NCBI GenBank assembly: GCA_002633005.1 | Contig: NMRA01000224.1 | Coordinates: 392,769-456,768, forward strand | DNA length: 64,000 bases | Origin: Phoronis australis | Lineage: Eukaryota > Animalia > Phoronida | Direction: 5' to 3' | Shown: piece after piece, positions 62,861-64,000 of the stretch | How the letters are laid out: every line of letters starts with the position of its first letter | Numbering within the stretch: the first letter of the stretch is position 1 | Translations under genes and position numbers: made by a program | Notes under the pieces: generated by a model | Seen by the model: the letters and a program-made list of their open reading frames with translations, nothing else | Told to the model about the DNA's origin: nothing | Databases searched by the model: none

Positions 62861-64000
62861 ATGCAACGACTGACAGGTGTACTGTTGTTGGCTGGTATTG
62901 TGCAATGCGTCGTTGTCAAAAACGGGGTAGTGTTTGAGAAAACTAATTTATTTTATAGCTCATGGGGACATTGGTGGGTAGCGAGTTTCATTGACCTCAG
63001 CAAATTCTCGGAGTTCTTGTCTCAGTTTTCACAGGACATAGAACGTGCTTACTATACGCACACTCACGTAAAACAAAAGTATGCAGATCCCAAAGATGCT
63101 AATTTCATGGGCTATTTCTCCAGATTGAGAAACCAAATTGATGATATTAGATTCACAAAAGAGGCCATAGACAAGTTGTTTGCTGGCTATAACACTTTGG
63201 CCCAATCTCGCGGTAACAAAAGCAGACGGAGCATCTTACAATTTATAGGGAAAATTAGTCATTGGCTATTTGGCACAGCCACTGATGATGATGTTGAAGC
63301 TATTCGGGAAACAATTGATATGATAGTGAGGAATCAAAAGAGAATTGTCTCCAACGCCATGGAACGGGTAAGCGTAATGAAAGCCACCAGAACCGAAGTG
63401 AATAGAAACCGGGAAACCTTGAATGACTTGATTCTTTCGACTTATGAGATAGAACAACGTCTTAATAACGTGACTGATATGCTACACCTGTACACAAGAT
63501 TTGTCAGTCTTCACCCAAAGCTACATGCATTTAGAACTTATTTTAAACCATTTGGAATTGGCAGCGCAAAAAGCCTTAGGCTATTTGGCTCATATTGAAA
63601 GTCAGATAGGAATAGTGTCTCTGGGTCTAATTACTTCAGCAGTGGTTCAGCCGGAGGCATTACGCAGAATATTAGAGGACATACAAATAAATATTCCACG
63701 CCATTTAAAATTACCTTTTGATCCTGACACGGAGTTGTTCCAATATTATAAGTCTCTCCCTTGTCATACTGCGTGGGAAAATGGGCGAATTTTGGTCACA
63801 TTTCGGATATCATTAATTGACACTTATGGGCGAATGGAATTATTTCAAATTCACAATTTGCCTGCTCCTTTCCCTAATTCTAACCGCTCGCACATTTTGG
63901 CAAAATACTCATTAGAGGCGGCAGCGTTAGCCATAAACCCAGAACGAACGTCCTATGCCTTACTAGATTATGCCAGCATGAAGGCGTGCTCGTCGCTTAG
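62861..64000 (+). CDS. env: Envelope fusion protein, baculovirus-F/errantivirus-like (frameshift near 63490; truncated by window)
   Basis: Signal peptide MQRLTGVLLLAGIVQC, basic cleavage site KSRR followed by fusion-peptide-like SILQFIGKISHWLFGTATDDD, heptad-like region; second frame open to the window end. Confidence 0.85.

Larger units (their letters stand above)
57211..64000 (+). mobile_element. Ty3/gypsy LTR retroelement with env (internally deleted, runs off window; 5' boundary tentative)
   Basis: gag remnant at 59423, RT-RNaseH-IN in gypsy order, separate env ORF; candidate LTR 57211-57745 and PBS 57748-57762. Confidence 0.8.

Overview
AT-rich eukaryotic (metazoan, probably marine invertebrate; inferred from TE content) genomic DNA, not prokaryotic. 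The backbone is the 3' part of a large minus-strand multi-exon gene. It has ten single-domain fibronectin type III (FN3) exons (46904 down to 10003), all phase 1-1 with canonical AG/GT ends, and a terminal exon (9520-8457) encoding a transmembrane helix and a ~310-aa Lys/Ser-rich tail with no phosphatase or kinase domain. Nine of the ten FN3 domains carry a conserved Cys pair. The gene shows three lesions or switches: an in-frame TAG at the start of the TM helix (9465-9467), one frameshifted FN3 exon (30780-31074), and a dead duplicate exon split by a MITE (53815-54827). The 5' end (signal peptide) is not visible in the window. Introns are packed with TEs: Kolobok-like TTAA elements, a young ISL2EU/PIF-Harbinger-like THAP element with perfect 68-bp TIRs, a GalEa-type copia, a solo LTR, LINE fragments, GC-terminal MITEs, and 21/26/37/38-bp tandem repeats. 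The right end holds a deleted Ty3/gypsy element with an F-type (baculovirus F/errantivirus-like) envelope gene running off the window. No rRNA, intact tRNA or CRISPR array is supported. All family assignments come from motif recognition by eye; no database search was run.
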